DNA from: an uncultured Candidatus Saccharibacteria bacterium
Lineage (GTDB): Bacteria > Patescibacteriota > Saccharimonadia > Saccharimonadales > JALRHH01
Direction: 5' to 3'
DNA length: 64,000 bases
Assembly (NCBI GenBank): GCA_964639295.1
Contig: CAZXDT010000003.1
Coordinates: 1,304 to 65,303, forward strand
Shown here: piece after piece, positions 11,811-21,182 of the stretch
How the letters are laid out: each line of letters begins with the position of its first letter
How positions within the stretch are numbered: the first letter of the stretch is position 1
The notes under the pieces: model-generated
What the model was told of the DNA's origin: nothing
The model's database searches: none
The model's input: the letters and a program-made list of their open reading frames with translations, nothing else
Translations under genes and position numbers: made by a program

Positions 11811-12659
11811 TTATATCTTTAGTAATAAATATACCCCAAATATACCGCTTATGAAAACAGTCATTCCAGTTAATACGACCTGGAACATGCCACGGACAAT
11901 AGATTTCTTGCTCAATGGGTTACGTCCTATAGAGATAATCGCGCTTCTAACACCGCCATACATCAAGCTAGCTGACACTATTGTACTAATCAAAAATACA
12001 ACGATTGCCACATAGACCCGGGCGGGATTAACGGGTTTATTAGCAACAGATTCACTCACCTTACGCAATATTTCTGGCAGATTAGGCTCTTGTGCTTTGA
12101 AAAGTGGGTTCTTGGACACAGCAATATCTGCCTGAACACGACCAATAGAGACGGACCTTTCGGCCCCTTCGCTATCTTTAATCTTGGCCGTACTCACAGT
12201 CAACCCCTTACCATCGAACCCAGCGAGTGCCCGGCCAATAATAATTGATTCTTTTTCGCCAGCCTTCATACCTATGCCGTCGATTGCAGACAGAGCCACG
12301 TAGTCACCAGGCTTTATCTCACCATTCTGGGTACTCACCAATACATCGTAGTGTCCAGCAGTGGCTACAAAGACTTTTTTACCATCAGAAGACAGCGTAA
12401 CGGGTGCATCATTGGCATCAACTACAACGCCATACATTTTCTCAGCAGAGTCTTGTTTCACAATTTCTACCTTGCTAGAATCACCTTTTTTAAGCTCAAC
12501 TAACATGCCACGCTGCATGGTTTGATCTGAGCCGTAGCCTTGGGTCACTGCCTGGGCTAACAGGGGATATCGGGTGCTAACAACACACAGAAGCGACAAT
12601 ATTGCGACTGCCGTAAGACGCTGAAAAGTACAGAGTTTCCGTATTTTTGTTTTTAGCAT
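11811..12659 (-). CDS. Membrane protein, unknown function (signal/anchor plus C-terminal TMs)
   Basis: ORF with an N-terminal hydrophobic segment and two C-terminal TM segments. Occupies the position where atpB/atpE would be expected. Confidence 0.7.
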   Translation of the reverse strand: MLKTKIRKLCTFQRLTAVAILSLLCVVSTRYPLLAQAVTQGYGSDQTMQRGMLVELKKGDSSKVEIVKQDSAEKMYGVVVDANDAPVTLSSDGKKVFVATAGHYDVLVSTQNGEIKPGDYVALSAIDGIGMKAGEKESIIIGRALAGFDGKGLTVSTAKIKDSEGAERSVSIGRVQADIAVSKNPLFKAQEPNLPEILRKVSESVANKPVNPARVYVAIVVFLISTIVSASLMYGGVRSAIISIGRNPLSKKSIVRGMFQVVLTGMTVFISGIFGVYLLLKI

Positions 12660-12700
12660 AAGTGATTACAGTATACTCACCACTGTCAATGGATGCAATA

Positions 12701-13843
12701 TTAACCAATAAGTTTAGCTAGAGCGTCAACCGTTGTTTGAACATCTTGTTCAGTTGTCTGTGCGCCCATACTGAATCGCAGGCTCGATTGCGCCTCTGCA
12801 TCAGATAAACCCATTGCCTTAAGCACATGTGATGGCTCTTCGTTACTAGCGCTGCAAGCAGAACCAACCGCACACAGAATACCCACCTCGTCTAATTGCA
12901 TCATGAGCCGCTCATTGTCGTAGCCGGGAAGTGTAAGATGGACATTATTTGGTAAACGGTATTTACGTGAACCATTGATCGTAGCCGTTGGTATAGCCTT
13001 CTCTACAAGCTCAAAAAACAAATCTTGAAGCTTCTGCATATGAACTATTTCGGTAGCTCGACGGGTTTGAACCAAATCAAGTGCCACAGCAAGTCCAATA
13101 ACGTTTGCCACGTTCTCCGTCCCGCTTCGGAGTCCTCGTTCCTGGCCCCCGCCAAGTAGTTGGCTTTTTAGGGAAATACCGGCCTTGCAGTACAACGCAG
13201 CAGTCTGTTTAGGACCATAGATTTTACTGGCGTTAATTACTACAAAATCAGCCCCTAGATGTGATGTGTGAATATCTAAATATGCCGGCGCCTGGCAGGC
13301 ATCAACATGAACGAGCAAGGGAAGGGTGCTACCCTGCTTTTGCCTGCTCTTTCGAACCTCTGCGACCAGCTGTGTAATCTTGCGGATTGGCTGAATGGTA
13401 CCAACTTCGTTGTTGGCGTACTGAATGCTAATAAGGACCGTGTTTTCATTGATTATTTTGGCTAAGTCATCCACTGCCACTCGCCCGTCCGGACGCACTG
13501 GTAATAAGGTGTGGTTATATTGCTTTGCAGGATTGAGGACGGAGTCGTGCTCTACCTGGCTGGCAATCATATTTGCCTCTGAATATTGCTGCATAACACC
13601 GTGGATCACCAAGTTGTTAGCTTCTGTGCCGCCAGCTGCAAAGGTGATTTCACTGGGACGTGAGCCAAACCAATGCGCCACATGTGCCCTGGCCTCCTCC
13701 ACTGCCTTTTTAACAGCCACAGCTGCGGAGTATTGAGCGGATGGGTTGAAGTATTGCTCAGTCAGATACGGCTGCATAGCAAGAAACACCGACTCATCGA
13801 GTGGTGTTGCTGCTGCGTTATCGAGATAAATAGTCTGGGACAT
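12701..13843 (-). CDS. Cysteine desulfurase (NifS/IscS-type class V aminotransferase)
   Basis: PLP-lysine context INASKIYGPK; active-site loop GSACSASNEEPSHVL. Confidence 0.9.
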   Translation of the reverse strand: MSQTIYLDNAAATPLDESVFLAMQPYLTEQYFNPSAQYSAAVAVKKAVEEARAHVAHWFGSRPSEITFAAGGTEANNLVIHGVMQQYSEANMIASQVEHDSVLNPAKQYNHTLLPVRPDGRVAVDDLAKIINENTVLISIQYANNEVGTIQPIRKITQLVAEVRKSRQKQGSTLPLLVHVDACQAPAYLDIHTSHLGADFVVINASKIYGPKQTAALYCKAGISLKSQLLGGGQERGLRSGTENVANVIGLAVALDLVQTRRATEIVHMQKLQDLFFELVEKAIPTATINGSRKYRLPNNVHLTLPGYDNERLMMQLDEVGILCAVGSACSASNEEPSHVLKAMGLSDAEAQSSLRFSMGAQTTEQDVQTTVDALAKLIG

Positions 13844-13869
13844 GATACTTGCTATGGTATCAGCTGGGG

Positions 13870-14235
13870 TTAACCAGCAAAAGTGTAGATCTCGCGCTTA
13901 ACACGTTCACGGTAGTGTCTGACGGCATCGCGGAAACGTAGTGCTTCACGACCTGTTACTTGTTGGTAGTGGCCGGCTTGAGACTTAAGAATGCCGTCAG
14001 GACGGACATCATAACGAGTTGTCTGTACATGCTTGTGGCCATTGTTATCAGTCCATTCTTCGTGCCAAACCCAAGTACGGGCATCAAGACAAAAGAATTC
14101 GCGACGGCGACCCTGAGGAATTGGGCCAAACAATTGTCCGCCAATACGTGCTTCATGACGAATCAAGTTACGGTACAGTTCAGCCTTACGTTGCTGTTCT
14201 CTTTGTCCGGCTATGTCTTTAAAGATTTTTAACAT
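13870..14235 (-). CDS. Hypothetical protein (121 aa, basic)
   Basis: ORF in an operon-like arrangement. No motif recognised. Confidence 0.6.
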   Translation of the reverse strand: MLKIFKDIAGQREQQRKAELYRNLIRHEARIGGQLFGPIPQGRRREFFCLDARTWVWHEEWTDNNGHKHVQTTRYDVRPDGILKSQAGHYQQVTGREALRFRDAVRHYRERVKREIYTFAG

Positions 14236-14239
14236 ACGT

Positions 14240-14494
14240 TTATGCGCCCTTAGGAAGGTTCTCTATCTGTTCGCGGGCTTGGCTTGCCATGTCGTCTTTT
14301 TCCGCCAGTTCAGCAAACTTACCGTAATATACGTTATTTTCAGGAGCAGGAGTAATTAGTGCGTCAACTTGTCGTTCAGCATCATAAATGGCAGGATTTT
14401 GCTCAACCAAATAAGAACCGTAGACGATATCATTCCATCGACTTTCCGGGATTTGTTCCGCATTTAATTGAGGTTCTTCCTCAAATTTACTCAT
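14240..14494 (-). CDS. Hypothetical acidic protein (84 aa)
   Basis: ORF tightly packed between neighbouring genes. Confidence 0.55.
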   Translation of the reverse strand: MSKFEEEPQLNAEQIPESRWNDIVYGSYLVEQNPAIYDAERQVDALITPAPENNVYYGKFAELAEKDDMASQAREQIENLPKGA

Positions 14495-14503
14495 TCTTAA
14501 CTC

Positions 14504-15316
14504 CTACAAGTTGAACAGTTTAGTAGCATTTTGTGTTGTGGCCTGCGAGATTTCTAGCACGGTTTCACCGCGTAAATTAGCCAGGTACTCGGCCGTCAAC
14601 ACAATATGTTTAGGCTCGCAGATTCTACCACGGAAAGGAACCGGTGTCAAGAACGGCGCATCGGTCTCTAGTAATAAACTTTCGCGGGGAATGGCCTTGT
14701 ACACCTGTAATTGGGACTCATTCTTAGAAAATGTCGCAATGCCGTTTACGCCAATATAGAGGCCATTTGCTAGGGCTTTCTCCATATTGGCCAGATTGTC
14801 AGTAAAACTATGTAAAACGCCCCTAATACCCTGGAAATTGCTCAGAATAGGCCAAAAGTCGTCAAATGCCTCTCTTACATGAAAGATTACTGGTAAGTCA
14901 CGTTTTTGGGCCAAATCCAGCTGATATTCCAAGATGGCAACCTGAGCTTCTTTAGGTGAGTGTGTATAGAAGAAATCCAAACCACACTCCCCCACTGCAA
15001 CAACCTTCTCTTCTGTGGCTAAAGCAGAAAATCGATCTAACTGCTCAGTGTTACTAACAAAATGTCGTGCTTCGTGTGGGTGGATCCCGATGCTTGCATA
15101 GAGATTTTCACGACTTTTCACAGTATCGACCGCAAGAATGCTGTCTTCAACATCACAGCCAACACAAATCATTTTAGCTACACCGGCCTCTTGTGCCCTA
15201 CTTACTATCTCGTCAACAGAGGTATCACCTGCCTTGGCCCACAATTCCCGCGTAGTGCGCTCTCCTACCGTCTGACCAGCAGACTGAATATGACAATGTG
15301 TATCAACAAATTCCAT
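14504..15316 (-). CDS. tatD: TatD-family metal-dependent hydrolase
   Basis: N-terminal FVDTHCHI motif and TIM-barrel His/Asp pattern. Confidence 0.9.
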   Translation of the reverse strand: MEFVDTHCHIQSAGQTVGERTTRELWAKAGDTSVDEIVSRAQEAGVAKMICVGCDVEDSILAVDTVKSRENLYASIGIHPHEARHFVSNTEQLDRFSALATEEKVVAVGECGLDFFYTHSPKEAQVAILEYQLDLAQKRDLPVIFHVREAFDDFWPILSNFQGIRGVLHSFTDNLANMEKALANGLYIGVNGIATFSKNESQLQVYKAIPRESLLLETDAPFLTPVPFRGRICEPKHIVLTAEYLANLRGETVLEISQATTQNATKLFNL

Positions 15317-15318
15317 AT

Positions 15319-16788
15319 CTATTTCCTGATGAAAGCATCAGTTGATTGCGAGACAGTTTCCCTACGGGGAAATAATGTCCCCTCAATCGGGCGGACGACG
15401 CCGTCTTCGAACACGTGGCGGATCTTTTGTGCGGTTTCGGGCATAAATGGCGCTAACATTTCAGCAATTTCGAGCAAACAGCTTACTTGGTACGCCAAGA
15501 CTTCACGAAGGTGATCTGCGTCACCAGTTTTGTTAATCTGCCATGGTTTTTCTTCGTCAATGTATTGGTTTAGCCCACGGACCTGTTCCCAGACCTCATC
15601 TAAGGCGCGGTCAAATCGGCAGTCTTCAAGTGCCTGGCGATACTGCGCCGTGTCGTGTTCGGCCTCTGGTATTCCGCCAATAATACCGTTTTGATACTGC
15701 TTAATCATGGCTGCGGTACGTTGTACACCGTTGCCGAGCTCATTCGCCAGCTCGTTATTGTAGGCGTCAGCTAATCTCTTCTTGCTGAATTCACCATCTT
15801 CGTATGACGGGATATGACGTAGTAAGTAGTACCGCAAAACATCAGCGCCATATTCATCAATAATCTCACGGGGGTCGATGACGTTGCCGAGCGTCTTGCT
15901 CATTTTGACGCCACCCTCACCATTGATAAATCCATGCACATACAGTGTCTTAGGTAACGGCAGACCAAGTGCTAACAGCATGCCTGGCCAAATAGCGGCG
16001 TGGAATCGCAAAATATCCTTACCAATAACCTGTACATTTGCTGGCCAGTATTCTTTAAAATCTTCGTGTTCTGGGTAGCCTAGCACAGTGATGTAGTTCA
16101 TTAACGCCTCAAACCAGACATACATAACCTGGTCTCTGTCACCGGGCACCGGTACACCCCAAGTAATCTTGTCTTTAGGACGAGAAATACTAATGTCGTC
16201 CAGGCCATCCTTAATAACATTGAGAATCTCATTACGGCGTGAGGCTGGCAGGATCTGGAACTCATTTGTCTCGATTGAATCGAGGATTTGTGGGGCGTAT
16301 TTGCTGAGTTTGAAGAAATAATTCTCTTCTTCAATTTTCTCATATGGACGATTGTGAGCAGGGCAGACGCCCTTATTTTCTTTAACAGTTTTCTCAGGGA
16401 AGAACGCTTCGTCACCAGTACAGTACCACCCTGTATAACTTCCCTTGTAGATGTCATCTTTTAGTGCTTTCCAGATAATACCGGCACGTTGTTCATGGCC
16501 AGCATCGGTTGTACGGATAAATCGATCGTTACTAACATTCAGCGCCTTAGCCAAGTCACGGAACAAGCCGCTTACTTCATCAGCGAAGGCCTTTGGTTCA
16601 ACACCTTTTTCTGCTGCCTTTTCCTCAATCTTGCCACCGTGTTCGTCAGACCCGGTACTAAAGATAACTGGCTTGCCTTCTGCACGTGCAGCACGAGCTA
16701 AGGTGTCTGCCATGACAAGCTCTAGGGCAAAACCAATGTGGGGCGGAGCGTTAACATAAGGAATAGAGGTGGTGATGTAGTACTTCAT
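15319..16788 (-). CDS. metG: Methionyl-tRNA synthetase
   Basis: HIGH-type motif PHIGFALE and KMSKT motif. Confidence 0.95.
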   Translation of the reverse strand: MKYYITTSIPYVNAPPHIGFALELVMADTLARAARAEGKPVIFSTGSDEHGGKIEEKAAEKGVEPKAFADEVSGLFRDLAKALNVSNDRFIRTTDAGHEQRAGIIWKALKDDIYKGSYTGWYCTGDEAFFPEKTVKENKGVCPAHNRPYEKIEEENYFFKLSKYAPQILDSIETNEFQILPASRRNEILNVIKDGLDDISISRPKDKITWGVPVPGDRDQVMYVWFEALMNYITVLGYPEHEDFKEYWPANVQVIGKDILRFHAAIWPGMLLALGLPLPKTLYVHGFINGEGGVKMSKTLGNVIDPREIIDEYGADVLRYYLLRHIPSYEDGEFSKKRLADAYNNELANELGNGVQRTAAMIKQYQNGIIGGIPEAEHDTAQYRQALEDCRFDRALDEVWEQVRGLNQYIDEEKPWQINKTGDADHLREVLAYQVSCLLEIAEMLAPFMPETAQKIRHVFEDGVVRPIEGTLFPRRETVSQSTDAFIRK

Positions 16789-16821
16789 TGTTATTAGTTT
16801 ATCCTGTTAGCTCGTTTCAGG

Positions 16822-16998
16822 CTAGTCGTCTGTAGGTGTTTGAGTCGTCAAATGCCAAAGACTACAATGTCGACACCGATACGCTTTTAATGTTGAGCCG
16901 TACTGCCAATCAGCTGCTGCAGCAGCACCTGTAGCTTGTTTTTTGGTGTCAAAAGCCAACTTATCAGCACATGGCAATTCGCTATTTTCCCCGGTCAT
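16822..16998 (-). CDS. Small Cys-containing protein (possible zinc ribbon)
   Basis: ORF with C-x-D...CRHCSLWH. Overlaps the 3' end of the trehalase gene. Start uncertain. Confidence 0.4.
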   Translation of the reverse strand: MTGENSELPCADKLAFDTKKQATGAAAAADWQYGSTLKAYRCRHCSLWHLTTQTPTDD

Positions 16999-18250
16999 AT
17001 AGCTCCTGGCAGAATCTTTCAAACACTGCGTTCGTCCAGCCAAACCCAGTCAGCGATGGGTAGACACCCTTCATTGGTGGCTTGTGCGGTTGGACCACAT
17101 TATATTTCTCTAGAAATAAGCCGTTTTGGTTAAACCAGTCTAAGTTAGTTTTGACCCATTTGCGCTGGAGTCGTTCAGCATCTTGTCTGTAGCCATACCG
17201 CTGCAAGCCTTTAATAACTATGAACTGCAAGGGCGCCCAGCCATTGGGGTGTGCCCATTGAGTTGGCAGCTTGCCCGGTACGAGTGGCAATAGCTGTTGC
17301 GCGTCAGTGGTAGCTAGGCCACCCTTTTCTTCAAATCGACGGAGCGCCTTAACCATTTGCTTGGCTTGTTTGTCGTCAACCATACCGGCCCACAACGGAT
17401 AGAATCCAGCCAGTGACGACACCGTACCACGGCGTTCTTTGTCATAGTTGTAGTCGTAGTACATGCCACGAATATTGCTCCACATGAGCTCGTTCATGGT
17501 GCTCTTGCGATGCCTGGCAGCTGTTTTCCACTCACCTGCCTCACGTTTATCGCCGGCAATTTCTGCGGCACGAGCAAAGTCCATTTCGTATTTGTATAGC
17601 AACGCATTCAGATCTACGGGCAAGTAGTTGAGTGCACGGCGATTGAAACGCGGTGTCATATCCCAGCCACTTTCCGCCTCTGCCAGGTCATGTAGGTAGT
17701 TCACGTCGTAGTAACGTGAAAGGCCTTTGTGGACTAATCGCACGTTAGGCTTAACTGTGCCGAGCCAAACACTGTTGTACTCGTCTTTGGCCACCGTAAT
17801 GGCTTCTTGCAGCCACTTATCACCCATATCGTAGGCATCATAGACATCAAATATAAAACTCGTTAGAAATGGTGGCTGTGAACGGCCCATCAGATACATT
17901 CGGGAGGCATTAGGTACAATGCCAAAACGTTTTTGCAAACTAATAAGATTTTCCAGTATGCCCACGACGAGCTTTTTATGCTCATCGTCCAACATGCCTT
18001 GGACCATAAAGTAACTATCCCAGTAATACATCTCGTTAAAGTCAAAATCATGACCCTCTTCGTAAGCCGGCACCAGATACGGATTTGGTAGTCCCAGGAG
18101 ACTTTCGTCGTCCTTTGGGTGGAATCGCTCTAGTTTCTCCCAGTATTTGGTTATGTATTCACGGGCTGGACGCACGTCATCAGCGCTCACTTGATCACTA
18201 CGAATAAAAAACGACTTGGCAAACTGTGTTGCCTTTTCTATCGCCGCCAT
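16982..18250 (-). CDS. Trehalase (GH37-like), cytoplasmic
   Basis: Motifs YYWDSYF, GRSQPPFLT, and WAHPNGWAPLQ (the QWDxPxGWAP-like signature). No signal peptide. Confidence 0.85.
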   Translation of the reverse strand: MAAIEKATQFAKSFFIRSDQVSADDVRPAREYITKYWEKLERFHPKDDESLLGLPNPYLVPAYEEGHDFDFNEMYYWDSYFMVQGMLDDEHKKLVVGILENLISLQKRFGIVPNASRMYLMGRSQPPFLTSFIFDVYDAYDMGDKWLQEAITVAKDEYNSVWLGTVKPNVRLVHKGLSRYYDVNYLHDLAEAESGWDMTPRFNRRALNYLPVDLNALLYKYEMDFARAAEIAGDKREAGEWKTAARHRKSTMNELMWSNIRGMYYDYNYDKERRGTVSSLAGFYPLWAGMVDDKQAKQMVKALRRFEEKGGLATTDAQQLLPLVPGKLPTQWAHPNGWAPLQFIVIKGLQRYGYRQDAERLQRKWVKTNLDWFNQNGLFLEKYNVVQPHKPPMKGVYPSLTGFGWTNAVFERFCQELYDRGK

Positions 18251-19026
18251 TACGTGCGTATATCTCTGTGATTAAATGCAACTGTGCCGACCGTTACCAA
18301 TACTACACAGACCGCACCTAGGAGCAGAGCATGTGCAAAGGAGATAAGGCCATTGCCATAGTAATAAAACGGTGTGAACTTGTTCAGAGGCTCCAGCCAC
18401 GACACCGATGCGGCCATAGAGGAAATCAGGTAGGTCAAGAAGGCTAGAGCGCTTGGCATGCCAATACTTGGCGCCTTGTGGCCACTTGCTGCGCCAACTG
18501 CATACGACAATATGCCAAAACACAGTCCCACCAACCATGCACCGACAGTACTCTGGAATATCTTGGCAAAACTGTAACTATCACCAATGAAGAACAGCGC
18601 CAGCTCTATGCCCAGGACAATTCCCATTGAAGCAAGGAAAGTAATAATCATTCCAGCAATCAATTTACTAAGAAGTAGTTTAGTGCGACTTATCGGCAGA
18701 CTAAGGTGTGTTTCTGTTACCCCTTTGTTTTCCTCACCCGCTACTTGGCCACCAAACACTACAATTGACAAAATAATGATCAATATGGGGGCGCGTAGCG
18801 CAAATACTTGTTGCTGCACATAACCACTAACTGTGGTGAAACTCAGATTATCACCCACTATTTTTTGCACGCCAGCTGGCAAGTTAGCAAACGAATCACC
18901 CAGAGCCCCGCCTCTAAATGCAGGGAAGAACGACATTGTCAGGCCAATAACAGCTGCCAGGGCTATAAACCACCACAGTAGTAACATGCGCTTTTGGTAG
19001 AGGATTTTGGCGATTATGAGTCTCAT
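18250..19026 (-). CDS. ABC-2 type transporter permease
   Basis: Six-TM-like profile. Translationally coupled to the upstream ABC ATPase. Confidence 0.75.
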   Translation of the reverse strand: MRLIIAKILYQKRMLLLWWFIALAAVIGLTMSFFPAFRGGALGDSFANLPAGVQKIVGDNLSFTTVSGYVQQQVFALRAPILIIILSIVVFGGQVAGEENKGVTETHLSLPISRTKLLLSKLIAGMIITFLASMGIVLGIELALFFIGDSYSFAKIFQSTVGAWLVGLCFGILSYAVGAASGHKAPSIGMPSALAFLTYLISSMAASVSWLEPLNKFTPFYYYGNGLISFAHALLLGAVCVVLVTVGTVAFNHRDIRT

Positions 19027-19928
19027 TTTTTGTCCTCGTAATAGGTAATAAACAACTCTTCAAGGTCTGGCTCCTGAATAGTAATGTCCCTGACTGGTAG
19101 TTTGGCAAATGTGGCCAGAAGCTTGGTCATGTCACCCTCGTACGCGTATACGGCGCTTGTATGATCATGTCTGACTTCTTTGAGCCCAGCAAGAGCTACG
19201 GTCGGTGCTTTCTTTGCTTCTTTACTCCAGATAACATGTACGCGTTTGGCTGTTTCTGTCTCCATCTCACTCAAAGATTGTACGGAAATAATTTCCCCAT
19301 CCTTGATAAATGCGACTCTGTCGCAAAGTTGCTGGACTTCGCCGAGTATGTGGGATGACATGAACACCGTACCGCCACGTTCGCGGTATTCACGGACCAA
19401 TTTCATAAATGTTTCTTGGACCAGCGGATCAAAACCACTTGTCGGTTCGTCTAGGATCAATAATTCTGGCTCGTGGAGTAGGGCAGAGATCAGGCCAATT
19501 TTTTGCCTGTTTCCACGTGAATAACTGCCTATTTTCTTGCTTAGGTCTGCCTGTAACACCGTAGCAAGCTCGGTTATACGCTTGCCGTGTGTGCCGCCAT
19601 ATACCCCGTTAATAAAGTTTAGATATTGCCTACCCGTCAGATCACTATCTGTGACCATATCGCCAGATAAATAGCCTATTCGTTTGTGCGCCTGGTGCGA
19701 AGTTAACGTTGGGTCACCAAACAGCACTACCTTACCCCCTGTTGGCTTCAGAATGTCCAAAATCACGCGTATAGTCGTGGACTTCCCCGCACCATTTGGC
19801 CCTAAGAATCCAAAGATCTCACCCTTTTTAACCGTAAAATTGGCCTCGCGCACTGCATGAAACTCACCAAAAGCCTTGGTCAGCTTCTGAACATCTAAAA
19901 TAGCAGTAGCGTCTTTCATTACATCCAC
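19023..19928 (-). CDS. ABC transporter ATP-binding protein
   Basis: Walker A GPNGAGKST; signature YSRGNRQK; Walker B LLILDEP. Confidence 0.9.
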   Translation of the reverse strand: MDVMKDATAILDVQKLTKAFGEFHAVREANFTVKKGEIFGFLGPNGAGKSTTIRVILDILKPTGGKVVLFGDPTLTSHQAHKRIGYLSGDMVTDSDLTGRQYLNFINGVYGGTHGKRITELATVLQADLSKKIGSYSRGNRQKIGLISALLHEPELLILDEPTSGFDPLVQETFMKLVREYRERGGTVFMSSHILGEVQQLCDRVAFIKDGEIISVQSLSEMETETAKRVHVIWSKEAKKAPTVALAGLKEVRHDHTSAVYAYEGDMTKLLATFAKLPVRDITIQEPDLEELFITYYEDKK

Positions 19929-19965
19929 AATAACACGAAGCGCATCGGAAAACTGTCTCGGCTAT

Positions 19966-21096
19966 TTAGAAAACAAGCCACTCTTCTTGCTGATGTGCGC
20001 CTCGATTTTTTATAGTAACCCCTGGTTTATCTTTCACGAAACCAATATCTCGAGCGTCAAGACCATGTTTAGCTGCTTCAGTTATGACTGTTTCAGGATC
20101 TGAGGTTGCAATTATCATCCCAGGTCCCATGTGCCACTTACCGTAGGCTTGTTCATCAGAGAATCCACGTAGTTTCTGTGCTTCTAGCATGATTGCCGGG
20201 GGATCAATTGGATTATCAATAACGACACCAAGTCCAGACGGTTCAAGCATGCGACCAAGCTTGCTTGGTTGACCTCCGCCCGTAATGTGCGAGACGGCCG
20301 TAATAGAAGCTTTTGGCTCTACATCTATGTCATAACCTCCAGTAAGTGAGGAAACAAATTTTGAATAGATAGTTGATGGTCTTTGGACTAATTTGCCAAG
20401 ACTCACCTCTCCAAGTGAGGGCACTACTACGTGCTGCCATTCTGGGCCATAATGCTCAAGCATCGCCTTACGTACATCTGTTATACCATTGGAACGAAAA
20501 CCATGTTCTTGAAGCCCGACCAATACATCACCTTGCCGTACTTGGTGACCGGTTAGTATTCGGTCTTTATGCGCGAGCCATATAATAGCTGCGCCCCAGT
20601 TATAGTTAAACTCACCGTAGCCACCTACTCTATCACCAAGTTCTGCAACTTCACCGTTCACGACTACAACACCTGCCTTTTCGGCAGCCTCAACGTATCC
20701 TTTTGCCAGTTGCTTAACGGCATTACGAGTATGCTCTGTGTTATCGAGTTGGCGTACATCTAAAATTGAGCCAATGGCGACGGGTTCTGCACCACGTACA
20801 ACTGCATCATCGCAGACCATGGCGAATAGATCATGTGCAACCACTGAGTGATCATCCATTCTTTCAGCAATTTCTACTTTCGTGCCAACTCCATCAAAGC
20901 CCATATTGATATACAGGTTTTCAGGATCCTTTAACCCTGATAGGGGTATAGCCCTCATTCCAGAGAATGACTCGTGAAATTCTGTTAGCAGTCCAGGTCG
21001 GTTTTCGTGTGTTAGTTTTGAGGCTTCATACAACATCTTAGAGATGTCGTCGCCTAGTTCAATGTTTACGTCTTGGATTGGTGCTCGTTCAGTCAT
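19966..21096 (-). CDS. purM: AIR synthase (PurM)-like protein
   Basis: DGVGTK motif, DLFAMVCDD..GAEP, and NGEVAE. Confidence 0.75.
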   Translation of the reverse strand: MTERAPIQDVNIELGDDISKMLYEASKLTHENRPGLLTEFHESFSGMRAIPLSGLKDPENLYINMGFDGVGTKVEIAERMDDHSVVAHDLFAMVCDDAVVRGAEPVAIGSILDVRQLDNTEHTRNAVKQLAKGYVEAAEKAGVVVVNGEVAELGDRVGGYGEFNYNWGAAIIWLAHKDRILTGHQVRQGDVLVGLQEHGFRSNGITDVRKAMLEHYGPEWQHVVVPSLGEVSLGKLVQRPSTIYSKFVSSLTGGYDIDVEPKASITAVSHITGGGQPSKLGRMLEPSGLGVVIDNPIDPPAIMLEAQKLRGFSDEQAYGKWHMGPGMIIATSDPETVITEAAKHGLDARDIGFVKDKPGVTIKNRGAHQQEEWLVF

Positions 21097-21140
21097 GCAC
21101 CTATTCTATTGTTAGTCTTGTGAATTACCAAGCATAAGCA

Positions 21141-21164
21141 AAAAGGCTCCCGGAGGAGCCTTTT
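21141..21164 (-). terminator. Hairpin terminator (bidirectional form) after the helicase gene
   Basis: aaaaGGCTCCcggaGGAGCCtttt. Confidence 0.75.
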
Positions 21165-21182
21165 ATCGCTAAACTGTGCTAT

